From the NCBI GenBank assembly GCA_903944345.1, contig CAJARJ010000021.1, positions 110,900-174,899 of the forward strand: DNA of 64,000 nt, in the 5' to 3' direction. This DNA is from Candidatus Omnitrophota bacterium (GTDB lineage Bacteria > Omnitrophota > Gorgyraeia > Zapsychrales > Fredricksoniimonadaceae). Of the stretch, positions 8,992 to 18,981 are shown one piece after another. The number at the start of each line of letters is the position of its first letter. Position 1 is the stretch's first letter. The notes beneath the pieces are model-generated. The model was not told the DNA's origin, made no database searches, and worked only from the letters and a program-made list of their open reading frames with translations. Made by a program: the position numbers and the translations under genes.

Positions 8992-10470
8992 ATGCATATT
9001 TTTTCCCGGGTTGGTGTCGCCCTGGTTGTTCTGGTCGTTGTAGCGGCCAATCTTCTTCGTTTTTATCAGCTGGAGCGAGTTCCTTACGGTGCGCAGGTTG
9101 ATGAAATGTCGGCCATGGTTAGCGTCGAATGCCTTGTTACGGAAGGAACGGATGCCTGGCTGCGTCCGTTTCCTCTTTTCGCGACAGAAGATTCCGGCCC
9201 AAAACCTCCTACGTATATTTACCCGGCTGCTGCCTGGGTCAAGTTTTTTGGCCCGTCCATCGGCAGCTTTCGTGCGTTCATGGCTACAATGTTTCTTCTG
9301 GTTCTGGCGGGTTTGTTCTTATTGGGTTGTAGCCTGTATGGTCGTTCTTACGGCTTGTGGGTGGTTTTGGCGGCCAGTATTTCTCCGTGGACATGGAACT
9401 TTTCGCGTATTATTTACGAGTCACCGGTAGCTCTGGTGTATCTGGTCTGGGGGATTGCCTTTCTCTTTCTTGCCCGAAAGCGTTGGTTATTTTTTCTGTC
9501 CGGTATATTCTTGTCGGGGGCGATGTACTCCTATCCTCCGTTAAGACTGCAGATTATTCTTTCTCTGATACCTTTACTGGCGCTGCGCAGGATTCGCGGG
9601 GGGCTGTCGTTCGGGCAGGGTGTCGTGTTATTGGGGGGGGGTGTTATAGCCAGCCTGCCTCTGGCATTGAAGATCGCCAATGGCCAGTTGATGTCGCGTT
9701 TCTGGGAATTGAGTATTTTCTCAAAAGATTATCTGGAGTCCTTCGGAATTCCTTTTGGTCCCTTGGCAGTGCTGGTGGAATTTGTGCGGAACTTTGCGGT
9801 GCATTTCCGTCCGGATTATCTGTTCTGGAGTGGGGATCAGAATCTGATCCATGCAACTGGTCGTTTTGGTTTGCTCAGCTGGATTGATTTTTTAGGTCTG
9901 GGTTCTTTGCTGCTTTTGGCAGGGAGTGGCTATATTTTTCGCCGTCCTGTGGGTTCATTTTTGTCGCGAGAGGACTTGTATTTCTCGGTAACGCTTCTTT
10001 TCTGCTGGGGCTTGGCGGTCGTGCCAGCGGCGCTGACGCATGAAGGGTTACCCCATTCCCTGCGCTCTATTGGAGGAGCTCCGTTTGCTGTTTTGTTAAC
10101 CGGTTTCGGTTTGTTCAAAGCGGCCAGGATGTTTCCTTTTGTCTGGCTGTCCGGAGGTTTTCTTTCCGCCCTGTTCTTTCTGGCGTTATTCCGGACGTAT
10201 TTCTATGATTATCCGCAGAAAAGCCAGGGCTGGTTTAATATCATGGTTTTCGAGCAAGCCCGGGCCAGTCGAATAAAGGATGAATGGTTGCCTTTTTTGG
10301 CTATGTACCGGCACCGGGATGTTACGATTCAGTATTTTTTGATGAGGGAGCAAGGATTGTCTTGCCGTAAGGCCCGGGAGCTTTGGCAAGGGCTGATTCC
10401 GTTATGGCAGAGTTTTGAAGGAATATCCCGGACGAAGATACCGGTTGACTTTCCGGAAACCGAAAGGTAA
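8992..10470 (+). CDS. membrane glycosyltransferase of the PMT/ArnT (GT39/GT83-like) family
   Basis: Multi-TM protein with a DE motif in the first periplasmic loop (AQVDEMSAMV). Overall PMT_2-like architecture. 492 aa. Confidence 0.5.
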   Translation: MHIFSRVGVALVVLVVVAANLLRFYQLERVPYGAQVDEMSAMVSVECLVTEGTDAWLRPFPLFATEDSGPKPPTYIYPAAAWVKFFGPSIGSFRAFMATMFLLVLAGLFLLGCSLYGRSYGLWVVLAASISPWTWNFSRIIYESPVALVYLVWGIAFLFLARKRWLFFLSGIFLSGAMYSYPPLRLQIILSLIPLLALRRIRGGLSFGQGVVLLGGGVIASLPLALKIANGQLMSRFWELSIFSKDYLESFGIPFGPLAVLVEFVRNFAVHFRPDYLFWSGDQNLIHATGRFGLLSWIDFLGLGSLLLLAGSGYIFRRPVGSFLSREDLYFSVTLLFCWGLAVVPAALTHEGLPHSLRSIGGAPFAVLLTGFGLFKAARMFPFVWLSGGFLSALFFLALFRTYFYDYPQKSQGWFNIMVFEQARASRIKDEWLPFLAMYRHRDVTIQYFLMREQGLSCRKARELWQGLIPLWQSFEGISRTKIPVDFPETER

Positions 10471-10517
10471 ACTGGTTGCACAAATTGCAATATAAAAGAA
10501 AAGGCGGGTGATTTGCT

Positions 10518-10670
10518 ATGGTCGAGGTCAGAGTGACCGACAGAAACGGTTTTGAGAAAGCATTGCGTCAGTTCAAGAAACAGTGTCAGCGGGACGGTTT
10601 TCTGGTTGAGCTCAAGGAACGGCGTTTTTATTCCAAGCCATCCGAGCGCAAGCGTAAAAAGGGCAAGTAA
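10518..10670 (+). CDS. rpsU: 30S ribosomal protein S21 (short, 50 aa)
   Basis: MVEVRVTDRNGFEKALRQFKKQCQRDGFLVELKERRFYSKPSERKRKKGK is a clear S21 signature. Absent from the ORF track because it is under 60 aa. Confidence 0.7.
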   Translation: MVEVRVTDRNGFEKALRQFKKQCQRDGFLVELKERRFYSKPSERKRKKGK

Positions 10671-10689
10671 TAGTCAGTCATATCTTTGC

Positions 10690-10728
10690 CGGCGCCGTCT
10701 TGAGTTTTCAGGGCGGCGTCTGTTTTTT
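10690..10728 (+). terminator. putative rho-independent terminator after rpsU
   Basis: GC-rich hairpin (CGCCG/CGGCG core) followed by TGTTTTTTT. Confidence 0.45.
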
Positions 10729-10776
10729 TGGTGCTAAGAAATTTCCGACAGAATATTCATCCGACAAAGGCGGTAT

Positions 10777-12333
10777 ATGATCAAGGTCAAGCGGGCGCTC
10801 ATCAGTGTTTCGGACAAAACCGGGTTGCTGGATCTGGCCCGTGGGCTGGACAAATTCGGGGTTGAGCTTCTTTCTACGGGTGGCACAGCCAAGACCCTGC
10901 GGGAAGCAGGGCTCAACGTCATTGATGTTTCGTCCTACACCGGTTTTCCAGAGATGCTTGACGGCCGGGTCAAGACATTGCATCCGAAAATTCACGGCGG
11001 ACTGCTGGCTCTACGAGATAATCCCGAACACATGAAAACCGCTGCCGAGCACGGTATTGGCATGATCGATATGGTCGTGGTCAATCTGTATCCGTTCGAG
11101 CGAGTGACCCAGAAAAAGAACGTTTCGCTCGAGGAGGCGATAGAGAATATTGATATCGGTGGGCCGTCCATGCTCAGATCCGCGGCCAAGAATTATCGCA
11201 GCGTTGCTGTTGCCTGCAATCCGGAACGCTATGAGGAGATCCTTCGGGAGCTTAACGCTAATAACGGCATTTTACCCGATGCGCTTTTGTTCAGACTGGC
11301 GGTCGAGGTTTTTGAACGGACGGCTGCTTATGACCGTACGATTGCGGCCTTTTTGGGCCAGCGTTTTTCGACCGATGCATTTGCCTCGATGCCTGCGAAT
11401 TTCTCCGCAGAATTTATTAAAGTCCAGGATCTGCGTTACGGGGAGAATCCTCACCAGGCGGCGGCGTTCTATCGGGATGCCCGGGAAGTTTCTTCTCTGG
11501 CCAAGATTCGTCAGTTACACGGCAAGGAGCTGTCGTTCAATAATATTCTGGATTTGCACGCTGCAGTTGATATCGCCTATGCTTTTTCTGCCCCGGCAGC
11601 CACAGTGGTCAAGCATAACAATCCTTGCGGTCTGGCTCAGGACGATGTTTTGCTCAAGGCATTCCGTTCAGCCTGGGATTGCGATCCTTTGTCGGCGTTC
11701 GGCGGCATTATCGGGCTGAACCGCGAGGTTGACGCGGCAACCGCTGCAGCAATTGCCAAAGCGGGTTTTGTGGAGTGTGTCATTGCGCCGGCGTTTAGCG
11801 CCGAGGCCATGGCTCTTTTAACCCAGAAGAAGAATGTCCGTCTGGTTGCACTTCCTGTCGAGGATTATGTCAAGGATCGTTATGATTTCAAGAAGGTTCC
11901 CGGAGGACTTTTGCTGCAGGAGACAGATATCCGGGAGCTCGATCCTTCTGAATTAAAAGTGATGACAAAAAAGAAGCCGACCAAAGCCCAGATTGAATCC
12001 ATGCTTTTTGGCTGGAAAGCGGTCAGATTTGTAAAATCCAATGCGATTGTTTTGACTCGCGGAAAAAAGACTGTCGGGATCGGGATGGGGTTGACCTCTC
12101 GCGTTGACAGCGCTCAGCTGGCGCTGCGCAAGGCGGGCGTATTGGCCAAGGGTGCGTGCCTGGCTTCCGATGCTTTTCTTCCCAAGCCGGATACGGTGAC
12201 GTTTGCGGCCAAAGCGGGAGTGGTAGCGATCATCCAGACAGGGGGGTCTGTTTCTGATCCGGATGTTGTCAAGGAAGCTGACAAGCGCGGGATTGCCATG
12301 GTGGCAACCGGTGTACGTCATTTTCGTCATTGA
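10777..12333 (+). CDS. purH: bifunctional AICAR transformylase / IMP cyclohydrolase
   Basis: N-terminal MGS-like RALISVSDKTGL and C-terminal AICARFT domain; 518 aa. Confidence 0.9.
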   Translation: MIKVKRALISVSDKTGLLDLARGLDKFGVELLSTGGTAKTLREAGLNVIDVSSYTGFPEMLDGRVKTLHPKIHGGLLALRDNPEHMKTAAEHGIGMIDMVVVNLYPFERVTQKKNVSLEEAIENIDIGGPSMLRSAAKNYRSVAVACNPERYEEILRELNANNGILPDALLFRLAVEVFERTAAYDRTIAAFLGQRFSTDAFASMPANFSAEFIKVQDLRYGENPHQAAAFYRDAREVSSLAKIRQLHGKELSFNNILDLHAAVDIAYAFSAPAATVVKHNNPCGLAQDDVLLKAFRSAWDCDPLSAFGGIIGLNREVDAATAAAIAKAGFVECVIAPAFSAEAMALLTQKKNVRLVALPVEDYVKDRYDFKKVPGGLLLQETDIRELDPSELKVMTKKKPTKAQIESMLFGWKAVRFVKSNAIVLTRGKKTVGIGMGLTSRVDSAQLALRKAGVLAKGACLASDAFLPKPDTVTFAAKAGVVAIIQTGGSVSDPDVVKEADKRGIAMVATGVRHFRH

Positions 12334-12341
12334 CCGTCGCC

Positions 12342-13700
12342 ATGGGTTTTTCTCTGGAGGCCTACCTCGATACTTTTCTTAACTGGGAAAAGAATCTCGG
12401 CACTGCGTCTGTTGAAGATTTTTCGCTGGAACGCATTGAGCGTTTGTTGCGGGCTTTCGGCCAGCCGGATGACAAATTGCGTTTTGTTCATGTTGCCGGC
12501 TCGAAAGGCAAAGGTTCTGCTTGTGCCTGTTTGGCCCATATCCTGCGTTCTGCGGGGTATCGTGTTGGTTTGTACACGTCTCCGCATTTATATTCTTTCA
12601 ATGAGCGTATCCGATTACTGGAACCGGGAAATGTGGCGGGAGCGTCGGCTGTTTTCGAGGGGGTGGCCTCAATGGCGGAACTCTCTGACCGGGCCAGGTA
12701 TTATCAGGATCCGGTGGATCATTTGCGTTTCAAGGAAGGCGTCGGGATTACCTGGTTTGAATATGTTACCGTGCTGGCGGTTTCCTGGTTTGCACATAAC
12801 CAGGCGGATATTGTCGTTCTGGAAACGGGACTGGGCGGGCGTCTGGATGCGACCAATGCGCTGGAGACCATGGTTTGCGGCATTGCTCCGGTAGGGATGG
12901 AGCATACCCGTCTGCTGGGGAATACTCTTGCCGCTATTGCGAGCGAGAAAGCAGGAATTATTAAATCTGCCAGTCAGCAGGTTGTTTTAGCCGGGCAACA
13001 GCCGGAAGCATTGGAAGTTCTGCGTGCCCGCTGCCGGGCGTTTGGTATTGTCCCCACCGAGGTCGCTTGCGGCACAGATTTTCCGGTCAGGAGTGTTTCT
13101 TTGCAGGGGACGGTGTTTGATTTTCGCGGTCGTCGTGAATATCATGGTCTGAGCATTCGTTTGCCGGGAGAGCATCAGGCGGTTAATGCGGCGCTGGCCG
13201 TGGCCATGGCGGAAAGTCTGGAGTTTTACGGATTTGTTTTATCAGTGCCAGCGGTCAGGCAGGGGTTGTCCGAGGTCTTCTGGCCGGCGCGTTTCGAGGT
13301 CTTCTCCGGAACTCCCATGGCCATTCTGGATTGTGCGCATACGGGGGAATCGGCACATGCCCTGGCACGGACGTTTATGCGTGTTTTTCCGGGGCGGCGT
13401 TGTATCCTGGTGTTCGGGATTGGTACGGATAAGGATGCGCTGGCGGTTGCCCGCGGGTTAATGCCTGTGGTGGATCGCGTTGTGCTGACTCGTGCCGAGC
13501 ATGCGCGGGCGACCGATCCCGCAGAGCTTTTGTCTGCCGGACTTTTTGCGCAAGCCGATGTTAGGCTGTCCGCAGGGGTTCCTGAAGCATTAAGCAAGGC
13601 AATTGAACTGGCTGGCCCTGACGGTCTTGTGCTGGTCAGCGGTTCGGTGTTTGTTTGCGCCGAAGCACGGGCTTTGGTTCCGGCTTATTTCCGTTGTTGA
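12342..13700 (+). CDS. folC: folylpolyglutamate synthase / dihydrofolate synthase (Mur ligase family)
   Basis: HVAGSKGKGS P-loop, YTSPHL motif and Mur-ligase C domain. ATG at 12342 preferred over the TTG at 12330. Confidence 0.8.
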   Translation: MGFSLEAYLDTFLNWEKNLGTASVEDFSLERIERLLRAFGQPDDKLRFVHVAGSKGKGSACACLAHILRSAGYRVGLYTSPHLYSFNERIRLLEPGNVAGASAVFEGVASMAELSDRARYYQDPVDHLRFKEGVGITWFEYVTVLAVSWFAHNQADIVVLETGLGGRLDATNALETMVCGIAPVGMEHTRLLGNTLAAIASEKAGIIKSASQQVVLAGQQPEALEVLRARCRAFGIVPTEVACGTDFPVRSVSLQGTVFDFRGRREYHGLSIRLPGEHQAVNAALAVAMAESLEFYGFVLSVPAVRQGLSEVFWPARFEVFSGTPMAILDCAHTGESAHALARTFMRVFPGRRCILVFGIGTDKDALAVARGLMPVVDRVVLTRAEHARATDPAELLSAGLFAQADVRLSAGVPEALSKAIELAGPDGLVLVSGSVFVCAEARALVPAYFRC

Positions 13701-13736
13701 TAGCGAAGAAGGGCTGCTTTGCAGACAGGAGAGCAC

Positions 13737-15128
13737 ATGTACCGTTATCAGGGCCAGGAAGAAACGATTGTGGCGGTGGCGACTCCGCCGGGAACCGGAA
13801 GCATCGCTTTGGTTCGATTAAGCGGTGGGACGGCGTTGTCCCTGTTGGAAAAAATGTTTGTGCATTCCAGAGGCCGTTCGCTGGAGGAGTGGCCGAGCCA
13901 TACCGCGCGGCATGGGCAATTGCTGGATATCGAAGGCCGGATTGTCGATGAAGTTTTGGTGACCCTGATGCGGGCTCCGCATAGCTATACCGGGGAGAAT
14001 GTGGTTGAGATCGGTTGTCATGGCGGCTCGGTGGCGGCACGTTTTGTTGTGGAGGCGTGTGTGCGTGGCGGTGCCCGTCTGGCCCAGCCGGGCGAGTTTA
14101 CCAAAAGGGCGTTTCTTAACGGGCGCATGGATCTTGCGCAGGCTGAAGCGGTGGCAGATATTATTTGCGCGCGCACGCAGGCGGCGTTGCGGGCGGGCAG
14201 TCGGCAGCTAAACGGAGAGCTTTCCCGTCAGCTGGAGTTTGTGCGTGAAGCGGTTCTGGAGTCTCTGGCCGGGGTTGAGGCATTGCTGAATTTTCCGGAG
14301 GATGCGACCGACAAAGGCCAGGTGCGCCAGCTGAGAGAGTCTTTGCAGCGGGCTATTCTGCGGGTAAAGGAACTTTTATCCACAGCACAGGCGGGTTGTG
14401 TGTTAAGAGAAGGAGTCAGGGCGGTTATTGCCGGTAAGCCCAATGTGGGCAAATCGTCCCTGCTTAACGCTTTTCTCCGGCAGGAACGCGCGATTGTCAC
14501 GGATATTGCGGGCACTACACGCGACGTGCTGGAAGAAGCGGCTGATGTGGCCGGATTTCCGGTGAATTTTCTCGATACGGCAGGAATTCTTGTCCCTCGG
14601 GACGCGGTAGAAGAAAAAGCCGTGCAGCGTAGCCGTCATTCGATTGAAAATGCGGATGTGGTTATACTGGTTCTGGATGTTTCACGTCCGCTGGCGGCGG
14701 AGGATCGGGAGCTTATGGCCACTCCCCGCGGGGGGCGTCCCTGGCTGGTTGTCCTTAACAAGGCGGACCTTCCCCGGAAAGTCGAGTTGTCGGAAGTTTC
14801 CGGATTGATGGTCGGCTGCCGGGTGCTGATGCTTTCTTTGCTAACCCGGGAGGGTTTCTCCGAACTGGAACGGGCAGTCGCCGAATGCGTTGGTGGCGGG
14901 GCGGTTATCGAGAATGGCGCTTTGGTCACGCATTTACGGCATGTCGAGGCGTTGGATAGAGCCCGACTGCTCATGGAGCGTGCGGCGGCGCTGGACAGTG
15001 GAACTCCGCTTGAAATGGCCGCAGAAGATATGAAGATGGCTGTCAGGGAACTGGATCGGGTGACCGGAAAAGACTTTGACGCCGATCTTATTGAGCGAAT
15101 CTTCAGCGGTTTTTGTATTGGCAAGTAA
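13737..15128 (+). CDS. mnmE: tRNA modification GTPase MnmE
   Basis: N-terminal TIVAVATPPG, G domain GKPNVGKSSLLN...DTAG, C-terminal CIGK tetrapeptide. Confidence 0.85.
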   Translation: MYRYQGQEETIVAVATPPGTGSIALVRLSGGTALSLLEKMFVHSRGRSLEEWPSHTARHGQLLDIEGRIVDEVLVTLMRAPHSYTGENVVEIGCHGGSVAARFVVEACVRGGARLAQPGEFTKRAFLNGRMDLAQAEAVADIICARTQAALRAGSRQLNGELSRQLEFVREAVLESLAGVEALLNFPEDATDKGQVRQLRESLQRAILRVKELLSTAQAGCVLREGVRAVIAGKPNVGKSSLLNAFLRQERAIVTDIAGTTRDVLEEAADVAGFPVNFLDTAGILVPRDAVEEKAVQRSRHSIENADVVILVLDVSRPLAAEDRELMATPRGGRPWLVVLNKADLPRKVELSEVSGLMVGCRVLMLSLLTREGFSELERAVAECVGGGAVIENGALVTHLRHVEALDRARLLMERAAALDSGTPLEMAAEDMKMAVRELDRVTGKDFDADLIERIFSGFCIGK

Positions 15129-15139
15129 CCGCGGATTGT

Positions 15140-16555
15140 TTAAGCACGACCGGTTTTTGGCTTGACTGTGGCTGCTCCCCAAAGATTGCCCGCAGCTTCC
15201 ATCAAGGTTTCTGCCGTCGTTGGATGAGGATGCACTGCAAGTGCGAGTTGGTCAGCTGTCATTTTCGTATCAATCGCCAGAACTCCCTCTGCGATAAGTT
15301 CTCCCGCGCCGGCTCCAATAATACCCACACCCAGGATTCGCCTGTTGTCCGGATCGGCAATGATCTTGGTCACGCCTTCCGGGCGGTTCATGGTCAGTGC
15401 CCGGCCGTTGGCTGCCCACGGGAACCGGGAAACAGTAACAGGGATGTTATTTTGTTTGGCGGACTGCTCGGTCAGCCCCGCCCAGGCGAGCTGTGTTCGG
15501 GTAAAGATGACCGAAGGAATGGTGGGCTCTTCGGGGGCGCATGGGAGCCCCGCCATGATCCGGATAACTTTTCCGGCTTCGAAAGAAGCCTTGTGAGCCA
15601 GAAGGGGATTGCCAGCCACATCTCCGATGGCAAAGATGCCTTCTTCGTGCGTGCGGTTGTTTTTGTCGACAAGAATAAATCCGCGCGCATCTGTTTTGAT
15701 GGCCGTGTTTTCCAGGCCGAGTCCGCAGGTTTGCGGACGTCTTCCCACGGCTGCCAGCACATGACTGTAGGTCTCGCTGAGTTCCTTTCCCTGGCTGTTG
15801 GAGAGGACAACCCGTATGCCTTCCGGAACTTCCTCGGCTCGTATGGCTCTGGTTCCTGTCAGGATAGAATGAAATTCTTTTTTAAGGCAGCGGGCAAGAA
15901 TGTCTGCCAGGTCGCGGTCAGGGCCGTTAAGCAGTTGCGGCAAGCTTTCGACGACGGTAACTTTTGTGCCCAAAGCCGAGTAAACACTTCCCAGTTCCAG
16001 TCCGATATAACCCCCGCCAATGACAAGCAGGGATGGTGGAATGCAGGGGAGGCTCAGGGCGCTGGTGGAGTCCCAGACACGGGGACTGGAAGGAAGTAAA
16101 GGCAGAGTAACGGGAGTTGTTCCTGTTGCCAGGATGGCCAGGTCGAAAGCTATCTGAATTGTCGATCCGTCAGGTGTAGTGATTGCAGCTTCATGAGAAC
16201 CGGTGAGTTTTGCTGTTCCACGGATAAAATTGATTTTACGCTGTTTGCACAGCTGATCCAGCCCGGATGTCAGGCGGGAAAGAATATTGTTTTTCCAGGT
16301 GCGCAACTTGTCCAGGTCGATGTGCGGCTGGGAGAAGGTGATGCCCATTTTTGCGGCTTCCTGTGCTTCACGCAGGACTTCGGCGGTGTGAAGGAGTGCT
16401 TTGGAGGGGATGCATCCTTTGGAAAGGCAAGTGCCTCCTAAAAAAGGGTCGCGGTCAACCAGAGTGACATTAAAGCCGCGATCTGCGGCATTGAAAGCGG
16501 CCGAGTAGCCTCCAGGGCCAGCCCCGATAACAAGTAGTCTTTGGGATGAATTCAT
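15140..16555 (-). CDS. lpdA: dihydrolipoyl dehydrogenase (FAD pyridine nucleotide-disulfide oxidoreductase)
   Basis: GAGPGG FAD motif, redox-active GGTCLSKGCIPSK, C-terminal HPHPT interface motif. Confidence 0.75.
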   Translation of the reverse strand: MNSSQRLLVIGAGPGGYSAAFNAADRGFNVTLVDRDPFLGGTCLSKGCIPSKALLHTAEVLREAQEAAKMGITFSQPHIDLDKLRTWKNNILSRLTSGLDQLCKQRKINFIRGTAKLTGSHEAAITTPDGSTIQIAFDLAILATGTTPVTLPLLPSSPRVWDSTSALSLPCIPPSLLVIGGGYIGLELGSVYSALGTKVTVVESLPQLLNGPDRDLADILARCLKKEFHSILTGTRAIRAEEVPEGIRVVLSNSQGKELSETYSHVLAAVGRRPQTCGLGLENTAIKTDARGFILVDKNNRTHEEGIFAIGDVAGNPLLAHKASFEAGKVIRIMAGLPCAPEEPTIPSVIFTRTQLAWAGLTEQSAKQNNIPVTVSRFPWAANGRALTMNRPEGVTKIIADPDNRRILGVGIIGAGAGELIAEGVLAIDTKMTADQLALAVHPHPTTAETLMEAAGNLWGAATVKPKTGRA

Positions 16556-16666
16556 AGGGTTGTGTTCCTTTGCCGGGTGACATTTTTGCCCGGTATTATA
16601 GCACACAACAGTCAGGTTATGCTCAGATGAGCACAGTTCGGCCGGAATCCGGGATAGTGGAAGTTT

Positions 16667-17986
16667 TCAGTGTCCTTGTGTCGCAGACGGGGAAATTTTC
16701 TGCAGACGACCGGAGAGTTCGTCAAGTTCCCGGTCGCCTGTTTCGAGTGACGCCTCGACGGCAGACAGTTCACGTTCGATGTCTGTCAGGCTCCGGTCAA
16801 CCAGTGCAAGGTCTTTTTGTTGCAGGCTGATGGCTGCATCTTTTTCGTTCATCTGTGTTTTGCGCTGCTCGCTCTGTATCTTGAGTTCAGAAATTTCGTT
16901 GGCACGCAGGTTTAGGGTTTCGTTGGCCCGGGTACGTTGCTCTTTTTCGGTTGCAAGGGTTTGCTTGAGGGTTGCGATTTCCTGGGTCAGTTGGACAATC
17001 TGTTCGTTTAGCTGGGCAACTGTTTTGTTGCTCTGAGCCAGAGAGTTCTTAAGACCGGACAGAGATTCGTCCCTGGCCGCCGTGTCGGCACGCAGCTTGT
17101 TCAGTTCGGCCGAGCGCTCGGCAAGCTGACTTTTAATGTTGTTGATTTCACTCTCCTGTCGAGGGTCGTTATAATTGATTTTTGAACGCAGCTCGCCGAA
17201 ATATTTTTCAATGCGGTCCACAGCGGCAATCGCTGCGGTTTCAGAGCCTTTGAGGTCGGAATTAATCCGGGTAAGGCTGGTTTTAAGTGCGTTAAGTTGC
17301 TCGATATCGGCGGTCACAGATGCATTTTGCCCGATCATTAATGCGCGTTGTTCGACCAGCAGTTTCTGGTTTTCTGCAGAGGACGGCTGGTTCACTACGG
17401 TTGTTGCAGAGGCGAGCGGCTGTCTTTTTTCAAGCTCTTTGAGGATTTCTCCTGCACGAAGCAAATTCTGGGGAACACGTTCGGGCTGCAGTTCGGCTGT
17501 TTCGCTTAAATATTGTTCGCTATAGGTATTGCCGAACAGTTTCTCTCGCAGCTCCATGACTTCCCTGGTCCGTTTATGCAAGGACATGTAAAGCTGATCG
17601 TTTTCGGTAACAAGTTCACGGATCAGTCCGCTCAGCTCTTTGAATTCGGACTCCCTTGATCTGGCCTCCTTGCGAAGATAAGAGAGATCGGCCAGGATCG
17701 CAAGCGACTGATCGTCAGTTTTTACGCGAGGGACAAGTCCTTTGGCCGTACGGGCCAGGTAATCCTGGGCTGTTTTGTTTTCAGGGTCGATAAGTAAGAT
17801 TCGTTCAAAGTCCTTGGTAGACTGCTGGATATTCCCCTGTTCAAAAGCCTGGATAGCGAATGATTCAAGAAAGCGCAGACTCCCGGGGTCGTTTTGGGCT
17901 TGGACCGGAAGAGCGCACAGCCCCGGAAACAGCAAGGCTGAGAGCAGGATAAGCAGGCGTTGAGAAAAAAAGTTTATGTTATTCAT
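16667..17986 (-). CDS. secreted protein with an N-terminal TPR-like helix pair and a long coiled coil
   Basis: Signal peptide (LLSALLFPGLCALPVQA), then FERILLIDPENKTAQDYLARTA, then about 330 aa of heptad-rich, Q/E/L-rich sequence. Confidence 0.5.
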   Translation of the reverse strand: MNNINFFSQRLLILLSALLFPGLCALPVQAQNDPGSLRFLESFAIQAFEQGNIQQSTKDFERILLIDPENKTAQDYLARTAKGLVPRVKTDDQSLAILADLSYLRKEARSRESEFKELSGLIRELVTENDQLYMSLHKRTREVMELREKLFGNTYSEQYLSETAELQPERVPQNLLRAGEILKELEKRQPLASATTVVNQPSSAENQKLLVEQRALMIGQNASVTADIEQLNALKTSLTRINSDLKGSETAAIAAVDRIEKYFGELRSKINYNDPRQESEINNIKSQLAERSAELNKLRADTAARDESLSGLKNSLAQSNKTVAQLNEQIVQLTQEIATLKQTLATEKEQRTRANETLNLRANEISELKIQSEQRKTQMNEKDAAISLQQKDLALVDRSLTDIERELSAVEASLETGDRELDELSGRLQKISPSATQGH

Positions 17987-17990
17987 GTTG

Positions 17991-18818
17991 TCATTTCCCC
18001 TGAATAGATGAAATGTCCTGGCGCAAGGCCCGGATGGTCTGGTTTTTTTGGTCGATTGACGACTGGATAGCGCGAATGCGCTCTTGTATGCGGGTCAGCC
18101 GTCTGGCCAGATCAGTGTCCTGCGGCTCTGTGCTGATAATCTTTTCAGTCTTTATTTGAGCAGAGTTTTCTGATTTCAGGCTGACAGAGGAGTTGGGCTG
18201 ATTTTTCATGCGTTCGATGATCGCGGACATTTCATCGGCCTGACTGCGGCTTTCATCCAGCTTCTTCAGAAGTAATTCCAGATTTCCGGTGTTGTTGGTG
18301 CGTAACCCTGCCAGCTCTTTTTCAAGCGCGGAGACATTGTTCTGCATTTGATTGATGATGAGTGTGTATTTTCTGCTGTTTTCGGCCAGTTCTTTACGGG
18401 CTTGAACAGCCTTGCGGCTGTGTCGGAAAATCTGTTCCTGCAAAAGCAACCGGTCGTGTTCATAGAAGACAGAGGCTGAAACAAAGTCGACCTGGTTAAA
18501 ATCCAGTTGTTCACAAGGAAGATTTCCTAGAGTTTCTTCGGCTATTGTCGCGCCCGGAGCGGCGGTGGCAATTTTTTGCAGATGATATTGAGCCAGTTTA
18601 TTGCTGCATTCCAGTTCCAGAATCCGCTTGAAAGCGTCTGCTGCCTGGGAGTAATGACCGCCCAGATACAGTTCACGGGCATAACGGGTCATTTGCCCGG
18701 TGGTTATTTGGCGCACGGTTTTGTGATCAATGTCCGTTTGTAAAGGTGCAGACAGAGCAGTGGTCAGCGGGGCAGCCAGAAAACAAGAGAATAAAGCAGA
18801 TAAAAATAAATAGCGCAT
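17991..18818 (-). CDS. secreted TPR-like/coiled-coil protein, a paralogue of the downstream gene
   Basis: Signal peptide. FKRILELECSNKLAQYHLQKIA is homologous to the N-terminal module of 16667..17986. Coiled-coil C-terminus. Confidence 0.5.
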   Translation of the reverse strand: MRYLFLSALFSCFLAAPLTTALSAPLQTDIDHKTVRQITTGQMTRYARELYLGGHYSQAADAFKRILELECSNKLAQYHLQKIATAAPGATIAEETLGNLPCEQLDFNQVDFVSASVFYEHDRLLLQEQIFRHSRKAVQARKELAENSRKYTLIINQMQNNVSALEKELAGLRTNNTGNLELLLKKLDESRSQADEMSAIIERMKNQPNSSVSLKSENSAQIKTEKIISTEPQDTDLARRLTRIQERIRAIQSSIDQKNQTIRALRQDISSIQGK

Positions 18819-18981
18819 GACGATTCCTGTTTTTGCAGATTTCTCAAGATTTAACGCAAAAGTATAACATCAATCTGTATGAATTGCCAGAAAACGACCC
18901 GATAGGCAAAATTATAACCATAATCACCAATAAGTGTCAAACAATAAGAAAATGCTGGTTCGACAGGCATATCGATAATTT

